Virus record (IMG/VR): IMGVR_UViG_3300030328_001039
Coordinates: 1-64,000 of that record
Direction: 5' to 3' (one strand)
DNA: 64,000 bases
From: a virus
This document shows, in pieces, positions 50,501-54,535 of the stretch. The notes below the pieces were generated by a model. That model had not been told where the DNA came from. It saw only the letters and a list, made by a program, of their open reading frames with translations, and ran no database searches. Each line of letters begins with the position of its first letter. Position 1 is the stretch's first letter. Both the position numbers and the translations under genes were made by a program.

Positions 50501-50791
50501 GGGTGTATCGACAGTACCCATGCTTAGCCTAAACTGACCGTCTTTCATCAGAATAACACCACCGCAGTCCGGTACAACCCATGCTTCAATAGCAAGTCCA
50601 CTGCCTAACGCATCAGCAATCATACCTCGCCCTGATGAATGAGATACGATTTCTTCAGAACTTCTTCTAGTGATGGCTGTCTCTTTATCGTAATCTTGCC
50701 CTAACTTGCTAAAATTACCTTGAGGGATAATCACGCTGTCGCTTACTCCGTCAAAAAATAAAGCGTGATTAGATTGAAGCATAATTGGCAT
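32585..50791 (-). CDS. giant (6068 aa) virion tail/adhesin-like protein with N-terminal LamG/concanavalin-like domain
   Basis: Uninterrupted 18.2-kb ORF; FDGVSDSV...IEAWV...YHIVA...IYVNG...YIGG..GEFRGVIE LamG pattern; inserted Gly-rich beta modules. Confidence 0.8.
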   Translation of the reverse strand: MPIMLQSNHALFFDGVSDSVIIPQGNFSKLGQDYDKETAITRRSSEEIVSHSSGRGMIADALGSGLAIEAWVVPDCGGVILMKDGQFRLSMGTVDTPGPIEFEANLTSSSIGDFKVLLRSAQPETNGYDGQVYPVTTFGGLDDSYNRFDSGKDKATSLSRNQRPLYHIVACINQSNAEIYVNGDLVANQNIPIGSALKSKNSHVYIGGKGGEFRGVIEGIHVSSSFSNEMITRNPSMVSDRTISLFRFEEPISPLDTVYTISSIDSTYSDSGVTENDLTAITIPTADAQSLANALTGKTITDTYVDFTISPYSTGDYSVIDRYSTPGTTTNHLVPHVPYNLLINPGSINQNSKKPNGKPPERVRLHRINISSGELLVSSVHLDFKNTTNTNGLRPILHSTHTSANGANSFVVISADCLIENGTGRPYQPPHLATQLIDRAGQMLIDEGEYEQHAMAYSSRMSTTAVDTDNPFAVAWPTDLDESFQIGHSGRHILNHIEGHSYLRMMPRANEENLDQQAGNSDILTLMYDAATKGIDKMFPINSQVDYYKDTAAFEIKTVVNSSAPHEIVSNGLAGANRTLIAIGGSKTGARNFNPLPFVLKGPVPSDLDNVDSNVRKFHLHPSRNSRIALLHVPTLASRGLAPYVEVHYNAIDFTGASMSKTAPMLMVEKTVPASNYEVASGVYVYDDIATDVAAGTATLYSPGGYIDVGKSKEGNLGSINFSHSLVGDNSEGFEADVELDERLTPANFTATTTNGNTTPQSLTASHTTKAQHDSVFHRILIERVQNADALEITSEFNRMTPHTVHGSPSAGQFDIGVTSSASAIHEMFDIIDNVEITTLVGVTHRFFIQPSDRTRTNQLQYIYSTGDRPDSSNIAVVMFLMGRSKLRGVEQIEGDEGRFTVVNCVGLSDVAATRSINELGSGSPDSHVVKEIDPNAPVVSVTLGGVGQGAYDTKPSFDRSTLAHLPYSSRRGFSCLATKVRVDLSSSNETQFIEVSPLNNESPDLASWGTYPFPKVGRIYLKNGANAEYQSKNGSCFLFDDSTVSTRRFLLPNGNAVATFQDWVVGSGLRKDAGALTGTQSQDFPLGEIIMGDGHFFVENLQSDGTTVNDRMFQSMDNISHDYQLGTQFASTRALVEIPLFRGQFFVDRFRNSYPSPDNSLKLHIDPTMTAHTWNPSPVGRRYQDMPPSDRSAYGAFAKSILSNERNNQSNITNFEILTSTYRIYVTNPKMYPAGDTSSDKYFNVDDVLLYRRVFLPSGAWAIYSNNPATDGYIEIVKEDSYVSETFVGEAVVGLPLLIGNIYDSEVLVPLKGDALNAAADFENRSEYYYDAASAKTQGGNIDYGLRQYVSAVEFKAGPLSNPHAAKIQSKRAAGTILSVEPIMNGSVYTGFAHLIMSQEDVDKFPNIERQPNAINADYKWEMGQAHYSLEIGTNTFVYFGEGNKNKSTLVTSGTTPTDSLDTLSSIIVMTKENNSIPSYLDNDTLKGEVATLTKYGYDVFFSSDKYNTLLDNTVNMSHTGRPVHYSAPWQISALIGGDDQITLSIQKSEILQSNTFNLNVQHEDWLYAEHHKDGEVVKVTILGQVDYINESIILGNPVTIPQTAGIVHLKAAVPTANKTSLTAMLGAAALSATEFVYLRTGCHSMMVNDEEACLNRTWLFPYAQGGLRRGDTIWMNMTYNNPHAVQGMFAKSRGVLNEALVWKGFNGGLGLMAAEPRDSIPLENFLIGDSCIDTARNFVQHVNKTIELNYTNLGISNPPTIAYLDPYLATEGHARVLLYDVAHDREFIAFQDIHMQVQTSPKAAEIGFERLSTSQNVADGTDEVDLSYYSIKYNGGSQNPFITQVDVANGYPSQNKYIREYQHSNFMESAYAHNIANNMASEMLEPVKGIVSRIEPVQGQSSFNRQNGTGYPSGTTTNVATTAINAGGTGLTVDITTTSGQITTIAVNTPGSGYLTSRVGGGGFESKIRVTGGNNNAVFKVFTHTGTSLINTLTTMTQSMIYGKAHGHFIHTGFHTGGPLAKERALGDSIASRTNNAAVTIYHANKEHKKTRKLFSSNDILVKALMQHRIKKGKTLTLKAGGSTYNNGTFFNVRTTSDGKGKGMTVDVVISSGAVATATVRRHGNSLYKDGDTIFIADRRVNDLPTATPPFVAGDGKGSFTLNINNTNDETSTLFDTPDGTRVIPAFLALKGIRSEALDLSNMNETRLQHLPQWTQMDFTRRMTIDLGEVAVKDGITNVEAAATEVVRMINQAAAKKGRTHSDNNNKQYPVKVAGEADFATTGSTHDPAVWWDEDKAFESHDKGTHMGYIRAHLGRVVKNIDGSEEGFSIIIHSTVPGATGRNFCVWLDNSKGQLPYRPEFMIGHGGRFRTFWCMPDEISGENMHPAPMPLNKHGRPFAPITSLRQYTQPDESMQAVAPKGEFSNNHDETTTPRLRAVSAHSGSGQNHNTLNTESLEVEGFNTSFTEGLRVGTNAVARINFGGLVAAGIPGFAPDAGKWGFGRKGDNRFANDYGLLTTVSNTDPASTYTGHVPTPDTFPENIGDTNLYGLRLQDHRGVSHGLRYIYKNMGDNFALDNTTLPKTLDNEIAIYFNHKDCSQGGFTIGKHMHGISDPTGRFPAIPDNANLASWRGNYWRGAPAPNASYNANVVYSVANQTITVTPYAPYDACDHHDILGYMGFPAEDGVIHLSDPFNHMGAATITAGGSGYTAGQTNADAIGVGGSGSGMTLSINTNGSNAVTSVTITSLGEGGYINGDTISVSGIGGTNAQFTLIESINGNWGNMYSYTHRTRNDKTGTHVFHGVVGDTYVSRHKHHSSSTISAPVFEAGDYVVGETTESTSALITPVANWTTLITDELMAAVTAFAINLDNPNKQKGHFFDCTEMYAADGRTFAEWGITEESIKIKAYNTKNDIEPISNFFTASLSQDTGIRASHIEYGEVESLKLDDEGVSIGGTGDRPVTNDLIDSGRSVNCGYIPSSVLQITTSGRGHNSNTPTPNIVDSQNNPIDTNTWRKNLIGENFIESSGDLILPNLDNPTLKMSAIGHAGAAITLHSDNAMWHFAKPSGEESNVNHVFNGSSNDLTRVDSFGTQTPISYNKHTAIAESRGTTLAAAESTFKAISDANLRSEDWPSSNPSGTIVIQKYNDTRRAFLFAGKRSLGSVHSVPIIRFTGARDSPDNYVPLFFGGGFSGATIDINDGTQNDYSEHNTHPYANGPTGSSGIQNANEILSSFSTIDCNAIMAFFPATALLKQHRGSINPPVYNKDSILSQDLKRGSHTPSNIHPNAAPYTAGVHMQVPSPMVLRFAHPTARYQDHRDGTENKTTFIIFGPGQAFPLTQESATPNNTFEPHPGSAISTGNGWSKVPNMSSGVGGRAFLPNHIHNSDGDYMPERAATQLLKHSYHYRQVFNWESSLGIPDTVFLRERPESGRNYGSSFTAAAFKHYNSFGNFTDNVARAYSVAQPSRHAMFYGHGMVKNADLCWHMDNGNHPGGSWMDNQITMNPPREADDARVPAQTTTTQINKTAFRVAGTLATRMLYSNDNSGSPAFAAETLVQGDVDHEYIVVDATRCQNGEELACLLGGAINTFPGKGALKAIGGTFMPSMGNSTKQDRYGWIAAESTAIPSSVYGGGAGGVTPHAQVAGLGYSNNVVSGQAMTRSILTTSTFTGNITNNDPLIPVTGTFPPNMQAGQTVTGTGLQANTVVVSFTGSSITVSPNPNASNSGVTITHTHNTLGNTASLASNLKAGDCFIDLQITGYTNASDTATQSIVNRIPTSGWLRTEADTDYGGVVSSSVKTAAWACYHSRATYRNGSDLFCRFFLSNNKITGLKAFEDGEAWRIYANTTTPFNTQNGSNVGGVSLPHPAPTTGTKIWIWSKSSTLGVDNSADFERYLQKGIGAVHFSGIVDAIDRTKPVGAVGWHGERYSYLNTLPVDGGYSAGLGAWHSMLGFSPYGGASSCATILGHLPHTTPLPNSPESMPPTDIPGRSLDNFPSDGDTEADQVSFSVDDPVAFGSYVVGWADGAQFNNPPVMRTMPELQKELVHPQGTYARALLVVAHEGELSLVARKDRDSYTATGDYLLAGGTTQWDERFHNADRFIAPANAGPNVEALIVDATAPPTIADYTATSALDNAPFDAQFYLHGSISADTSLSNAEPCFAETGDLFFDIDKNVGIINHEGDIAERNLATDFITANTNPSANMVHNVGTNQSEVFWAGDVNAYDVLKRTPHKNFSTEHIVWKRMDGGTVTMPASNARGLGAVPWITRVKNAVVGDAAGTAHQMGEKLYGNIRFSFETTNSAMMPVLQAQEIAHPTLAKEHPIALGGILEIPNEEIQFEDITVVDDTGQVHTLEGGSPLGIIIRAYKPTSTRLASGLQPVPANSGIAPNFEIQLPDPESIPGNILVRSGFDPIQAYQTETVGDGGMIHPDLGASHIGHLFDNVVKAPRKGPTMNEVGWEHISQGENFPESTRDGWVEATRNNSLRSSYEQQDRALYFHITKMGHSHTEKFPVTYTHAAGVVNQDLTVSSFASPILTASATITPSIFDAGFGTKEVAGDRRFLRIANPAGESVVVSYTSIGTGGEVNLFKGVVGDIDFDQFLADNPPATTTLTITPSYYIPAGSTRIFAARRLRDHAEVSGNSPDMAHTLYFDGDSQTTIHSRYSKPQLTPMPIPRMGHHFVNATMPMMPGHWAHPSYAGLYDKANSDRLAALGDEDYTSLAENLVEIDGTTNNQTSIPTAVEERIFPLNPALRVGSLTTNPSGPSDIHGGAFTLMFETKIKYDGYGILASKGTAGDMNKAGGHSIVLEAGGNYTQANHFPDPAEVGAYQIVIQPNLRSQQITGFHRNNADSTGLPTAGTELSSLTSQQVALVIGIKYDEERHATLTNSANIGGVTLILSEATLADVRGCEIFLNEVILDHDPDHGSQFTNIPPMLLYNPLGVQGSESPHFTRRGHPYHPTTSEVSFKDATPGFTTNIPWWSIMHQGTPSDASAVGFRHLALYRIDNYYQFCRASYGAIGAQLTLAGYPSIYPDIYSKIMENVSLTPTCKVVGNHSSSTTIQVDDCSLFPEIPYYGQKLQYIDPDTGETVSFTYTRRQGTTHSSGTMNEPDIFHLPTGVTLTSGTKLTLSKPYSTKSVNDILKIDSESVMTKNLGQLLSGTRDTNSLFLTDAYLCAWSPNLGRPHTFYSDASRTWITNGVNHTTDRAVNNAAYNSMPQHFETIHYQDVNYTASHGPFSLQMKTPKPPQPLAGTVHTITTTTVTVITMTTTVSGVSSNDVLFAKGRVLGRVNTVSSANITLYTKIFESSNLVTGDTVYVGGDGSIDTAANIHSMTGISSQGGPTAMLTNFWPCGSRGGALVSRLDGYAMSAAAWHLPQSYAHAAGTHWEDDDDAGTYAVSSGVSIGSLSTLRTYPFGYRFGLRQAWNRPQWGHYGMRAYQEQATHSGASNFAVGYKAGPLVEYEAITSNGWLYAGGDTTQSNTNLPTTYVGIIERSTTAAGMLNADKYEWQVRYSEGRRMTRGFGCAIRTIRNASTVLRDWWGDSAGMGKLYYKDAVSYYLIDWWGNTRGEDVRRFPVRSFGINPSWDAGDAYEYDRANGRTPFERVWNNGKPIFDLKGIVNFTNGNVLSSPTVTIPRFGGRKNTGNNNTDTTLVDVFAPTNAMRVGDMGNGRGVRFPTQFNEDRLVELSAVYENSGIVLSGNTAEPTFGEGLIRPRNDVLQASEIVRGISSRLEVDEDGLLKPEATVSDKVESISGTSVHKDAISRSSPRIGIDGDTIESLTGSNSNMVAINSEAHSLHTNRGVGQRVVLQGGMQSGSQTLGHYDLTTLSFAAQPHGGVMRFSHTSNFKSMGGTYILEARSFASPFDDTGWGRSGMSGNKTSNPYQTTSSIANPTNMTDDAVQFMLRPIRLLDNQHIAVFRPALALHSGSKQNGSTAFTATAGGKYGLFTYSTPSGRASSGSYMRATNPNTSAPYQPVYLVESSSDTLPVSKGPKLPGTGVTGFDKTTLKSSVTRLVISENTLQHFKSDAPRRTGQGKDYTVKSRFSQSLHSKGHKEDVSFNTSDHSGDA

Positions 50792-50800
50792 TTTATCACC

Positions 50801-52042
50801 TCAAATAATCATGTCAATCGGAGCAAAGACCATTTGGAATGTATAGTGTTGCTCACCAGCATTGTACCCAACATCAAACTTCTGTATTGTACCTTGAATG
50901 CCAGTGGTTTCATCTGTTGTACTAAAATCTACATTTGCTGACTTTGTATTACCCGATGCTATTTTTTCATTTGTATCTACAAAAAGACCAGTCTGAATCA
51001 TAAAGTTACGAACACTATATTTTTTACCACCATCGGCAGTAATCATTGAGTTGTAAGGTATTTGTAAACCAATAGGATAATCGCCGTTAAATAAACCATC
51101 AAAGGCTAAAACACCACCTGCTACAATACCAGCGGCTAAACCAACACCGCCAGTTGCCACACCAACTGCTAAGCCAGCAACTAAAGCAGCAGTGCCTCTG
51201 TCTGTATTGTGTAAGATACCATACAAGTCTTGCACTTTATCTCCAGCCGATTTATTGTTCAAATCAGTTGCGCTTGAACCTCCACTGAATGGTCGATGAT
51301 ATGGTGCATAGTTGTCAGCATCTACGAACCATTTCACGCTATCATTAACTAACATCGCACCATTAACGCCTTGTGTAAGTGTAAGTTTTGAACTACCAGC
51401 AGCAGGTGCAAACTCAGATGTTGATACAGAGCCAGTGATTGTTGAGTTTAGATGACTTGCTCCTAATGCTGTAACGACAGAAGCAGCGATATGTGCTGGT
51501 GTTGTTGATGAAGAATGAGTGTATACTTTTGTACCGGATGGAGAATTAGTGTCTGTTACGACATTTGAAACACCGGGGTTTGAAAAGTTCTTACTGTTGT
51601 CAGGCACAAAATGAATAGTCTCTGTTGTAGTGACGCTGCTATCAGCAGATTGCTTTTCCTTTAACTCCAGTTTTTCTAAATTATTAAAAAAAACTGAGTT
51701 TGCTATTTGTACGAACTTACCAACGCTAGTAGTTTCTGCTTGATTAACTGCAAAATCAATTACACTGGTAGCAGCGGTGGCAGATGATGAGCGTCTGTTT
51801 ACATCATCGTCTGTAAAAATACCCTCAATAACAATTGTAGAATTAACCATGTTCAAATCAATACCTATTCTTGACCCTCCAAATAATGGTATAGGCATTC
51901 CACCAACTTTACGCTCTACACTGAGAGCAATAGAGAGTGCTTGGAGTTCCATAGGAGGGAACGGTTTGTCACCAATACCTATTTTGTGACCTATTCCTCC
52001 GTCAAAATGGAGGCGAATAGGTGTACCATATCCGTCACTCAT
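50801..52042 (-). CDS. putative distal tail protein with hydrophobic Gly/Ala segment
   Basis: Directly after tape measure; AALVAGLAVGVATGGVGLAAGIVAGGVLAF segment. Confidence 0.55.
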   Translation of the reverse strand: MSDGYGTPIRLHFDGGIGHKIGIGDKPFPPMELQALSIALSVERKVGGMPIPLFGGSRIGIDLNMVNSTIVIEGIFTDDDVNRRSSSATAATSVIDFAVNQAETTSVGKFVQIANSVFFNNLEKLELKEKQSADSSVTTTETIHFVPDNSKNFSNPGVSNVVTDTNSPSGTKVYTHSSSTTPAHIAASVVTALGASHLNSTITGSVSTSEFAPAAGSSKLTLTQGVNGAMLVNDSVKWFVDADNYAPYHRPFSGGSSATDLNNKSAGDKVQDLYGILHNTDRGTAALVAGLAVGVATGGVGLAAGIVAGGVLAFDGLFNGDYPIGLQIPYNSMITADGGKKYSVRNFMIQTGLFVDTNEKIASGNTKSANVDFSTTDETTGIQGTIQKFDVGYNAGEQHYTFQMVFAPIDMII

Positions 52043-53355
52043 CTACCCGACCTCATTGTTGAGCCACCGCTTGCACGAGCAATCTCTTGTTGGATGGCAT
52101 TACTCATTTTTCTTGCGAACTCACGCTTGTCAGTTCTGTCTGTCATGCCTGATGGATTGATTGTAATATTGTAGGTATTACCGCCCCCTGTTCCAGTACC
52201 ACCGTTAATTTCAACTGGTATAGAACGGTTACCTGAAAGCGGAACTACAGCCTCAGTGCCGTGTAACATTACCGGGTAACCCGACTCAGGCCCAGTCGCT
52301 ATACCACCTTCAGCGAATCCCATCATTTCTAAACCCGCATCAACAATTTTACCACCATATTCCCACACCTTTTCGATTGCTTTGAGAATTGGTTTTATTG
52401 TATCATATAATATATCTAGTGCTAACGCAAAAGCCTCAAGTACAGGTGAAAAGATATTTTCCCAAGTCCATTCAAATGCTGACACTACAGCATCCCAAAC
52501 AACTTTTAGATTTTCCATACCCTCTACTATACCCGGCCCTGCTGCCTCCCATAGAGCACCAAGAGTGTTATCCCAAGCCATTTTCATACCGCTTGTGAAT
52601 ACATTCCAATATATTCCGAGAACCTCAAAACCAGCCTTCATTGGCGGGCCGACTAGATTCCAAAGTGGTACAACTATAGCATCCCAAATCTTTTTCATAC
52701 CATCTGCGAGTAAATCCCACCCTTCACCGATAGCACTTATACCAGTCATCATTGGTGTGCCGACTAGATTCCACAAAGGAACTGTGATGTTATTCCAAGC
52801 CAAGGCCATACCAGCCATGATTGTGTCCCAAAGTAAACCAATCGCAGTTAAGCCAGCCGTGATAGGAATACCCACTAAGTTCCAAAGAGGCACAATCAAA
52901 TTATCCCATAATAATTTCATTCCTTTAACAAGACCATCCCATAAGATACCTATTACAACAAGACCGCCTTCAATAACTGGGCCAACTAGACTCCATAACG
53001 GTACTATTATTTCTTGCCACATTAAGTCCATTCCTACCATGAGAATATCCCATGCTATCTTTAATGCATCAAACGCAAGGCCAAGCGTGTCCATTATGAA
53101 CTGCCCTATTGTCATTATAATAGGCTCAGAGAACTCCCAAAGTGCTTGGAAAATTGGCATGATATGTTCATTAAACCAATCTTTGACAACTTGAAACTTC
53201 TCTTTTATGAATGTAACAGCACCAGCAAAAGCACCAGTTATTGCTGCAATTGCACTACCAAATATACCACCAAGAGCACCAAAGATACCTGAGACTACAC
53301 CTGCACCGCTTGACAACCCACTAAGGGCTACGGTTAGGCCAGCCAGTGCTACCAT
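52039..53355 (-). CDS. tape measure protein
   Basis: Trp-periodic amphipathic 37-aa repeats; C-terminal GFAEGG...HGTEAVVPL motif; follows chaperone pair. Confidence 0.85.
   Translation of the reverse strand: MVALAGLTVALSGLSSGAGVVSGIFGALGGIFGSAIAAITGAFAGAVTFIKEKFQVVKDWFNEHIMPIFQALWEFSEPIIMTIGQFIMDTLGLAFDALKIAWDILMVGMDLMWQEIIVPLWSLVGPVIEGGLVVIGILWDGLVKGMKLLWDNLIVPLWNLVGIPITAGLTAIGLLWDTIMAGMALAWNNITVPLWNLVGTPMMTGISAIGEGWDLLADGMKKIWDAIVVPLWNLVGPPMKAGFEVLGIYWNVFTSGMKMAWDNTLGALWEAAGPGIVEGMENLKVVWDAVVSAFEWTWENIFSPVLEAFALALDILYDTIKPILKAIEKVWEYGGKIVDAGLEMMGFAEGGIATGPESGYPVMLHGTEAVVPLSGNRSIPVEINGGTGTGGGNTYNITINPSGMTDRTDKREFARKMSNAIQQEIARASGGSTMRSGR
52540..53100 (-). repeat. 111-bp (37-aa) tandem repeats in tape measure
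   Basis: PLW(N/S)LVG codons recur near 52650, 52761, 52872 and 52983; outer limits approximate. Confidence 0.8.
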
Positions 53356-53633
53356 CAGAAGTCCTCCCTATTTAGGAAATCATAGTCAAGAGACACTGTT
53401 TCTCGACTGCCATTTTTCGCTGACTGCGATGCTCTTTTGTTTGCTTTCTCCTCTTCTTCACGAGCAATTGTCGCCCAAGTATAGGATTGATAGAATTGCT
53501 GTGGAGTCATCTCATGTACCTCTTTTATTGAAATTGTATAATGCTTTGCTACAATGTATGCTTTCATCTCAAGAGAGAGTTCTAAATCGGCAGGTGTCTC
53601 TATGACTTTGCGACTCAGGAAATCCCGAATCAC
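53355..53633 (-). CDS. tail assembly chaperone, downstream (gpT-like) part
   Basis: Between chaperone and tape measure; EVHEMTPQQF motif; in -1 frame relative to upstream gene. Confidence 0.6.
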   Translation of the reverse strand: MIRDFLSRKVIETPADLELSLEMKAYIVAKHYTISIKEVHEMTPQQFYQSYTWATIAREEEEKANKRASQSAKNGSRETVSLDYDFLNREDF

Positions 53634-54007
53634 TTCTTCCCGCCTTTGGTAAACCCCCCTGCCATCATTTCACCCAGTTCGTTAGGACTTGGTAGGAGTG
53701 CAGATATTTGTTCACCAATGTGACCCTTGAGTTTCAATAAGTCATCATTTGACATGGCTGGGTTAGTTCGCACTACCCAGTTTGAAAAAGCGTATTTGTA
53801 AAAGCCTTCTAGGTTTAGAGACATTTGACCATCTTTACCGATGTTAAACATTTCTTGTGCAGCCTTTTGAATGTCGAAGAAAGAAACATCACGCACCCAA
53901 ACCTCCATGATAATATCAGGATTATCGGGGTCTACGCTAATTTCGTGTTTCTGTTCATCATGCCGTCTCATCAAAAGATTCTTGTTTGCTACTACTGTTT
54001 TCGTCAT
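53630..54007 (-). CDS. tail assembly chaperone (gpG-like)
   Basis: Position between tail tube and tape measure; ATG 54007 after GGTGAG. Confidence 0.6.
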   Translation of the reverse strand: MTKTVVANKNLLMRRHDEQKHEISVDPDNPDIIMEVWVRDVSFFDIQKAAQEMFNIGKDGQMSLNLEGFYKYAFSNWVVRTNPAMSNDDLLKLKGHIGEQISALLPSPNELGEMMAGGFTKGGKK

Positions 54008-54524
54008 CTGTCTCACCATTGGTCACAGCCGCTTCAGCGGGGGTGTCCGACTCAACTTCAGCAGCCGCTTCAGCGGGGGCTTCAGTCTCAGTCGTGGACT
54101 CGGATATGCCTTCATCGTCACGCTTCAAGCGTAGAGCGATTTCGGCTTTTGTGCCGTAGACAGGTAGCCCACGGTCTTTGCATAGTGCCTGAAGTTCCTT
54201 GAGGGTCATAGCGTCATAGGTCAGGTCTGTTGGAAAATCTTCGCTATCACCAATCTCTTCAGGTGTAGCCAATTCTGATGTTGCTTCATATACTTCTTCT
54301 GTTGGCTCTTCAGCAATATCTTGCTCATCCACTGTAGGTAAAAGTGCAGTAACTGCATCTTCAATAAGTTCTACTGAGCGCATTTTACCAGCAGAAATAA
54401 TGTCATCCCTAGAATATGCATCGGCTGGGAGGTCAGGGAGATTAAGTTGCATAGCGTACCAAAAAGCGTACTCTTCGTGAGACAGTTCTCCGTATTTTTT
54501 TGCTCGTTGTGCTGGTGTTACCAT
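53958..54524 (-). CDS. acidic SAP-domain protein
   Basis: YDAMTLKELQALCKDRGLPVYGTKAEIALRL is a canonical SAP motif. Confidence 0.8.
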   Translation of the reverse strand: MVTPAQRAKKYGELSHEEYAFWYAMQLNLPDLPADAYSRDDIISAGKMRSVELIEDAVTALLPTVDEQDIAEEPTEEVYEATSELATPEEIGDSEDFPTDLTYDAMTLKELQALCKDRGLPVYGTKAEIALRLKRDDEGISESTTETEAPAEAAAEVESDTPAEAAVTNGETDDENSSSKQESFDETA

Positions 54525-54535
54525 GTTAAATCACC

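Noticed and set aside
32585-50791. Diversity-generating retroelement or intein within the giant gene or fibre
   Set aside because: No reverse transcriptase in the window, no template/variable repeat pair or Hint motifs noticed by eye
52382-53605. Long + strand ORFs (270 aa, 132 aa) opposite the tape measure, and other antisense ORFs throughout
   Set aside because: Shadow frames of well-supported genes; no SD, no motifs, against the local transcription direction
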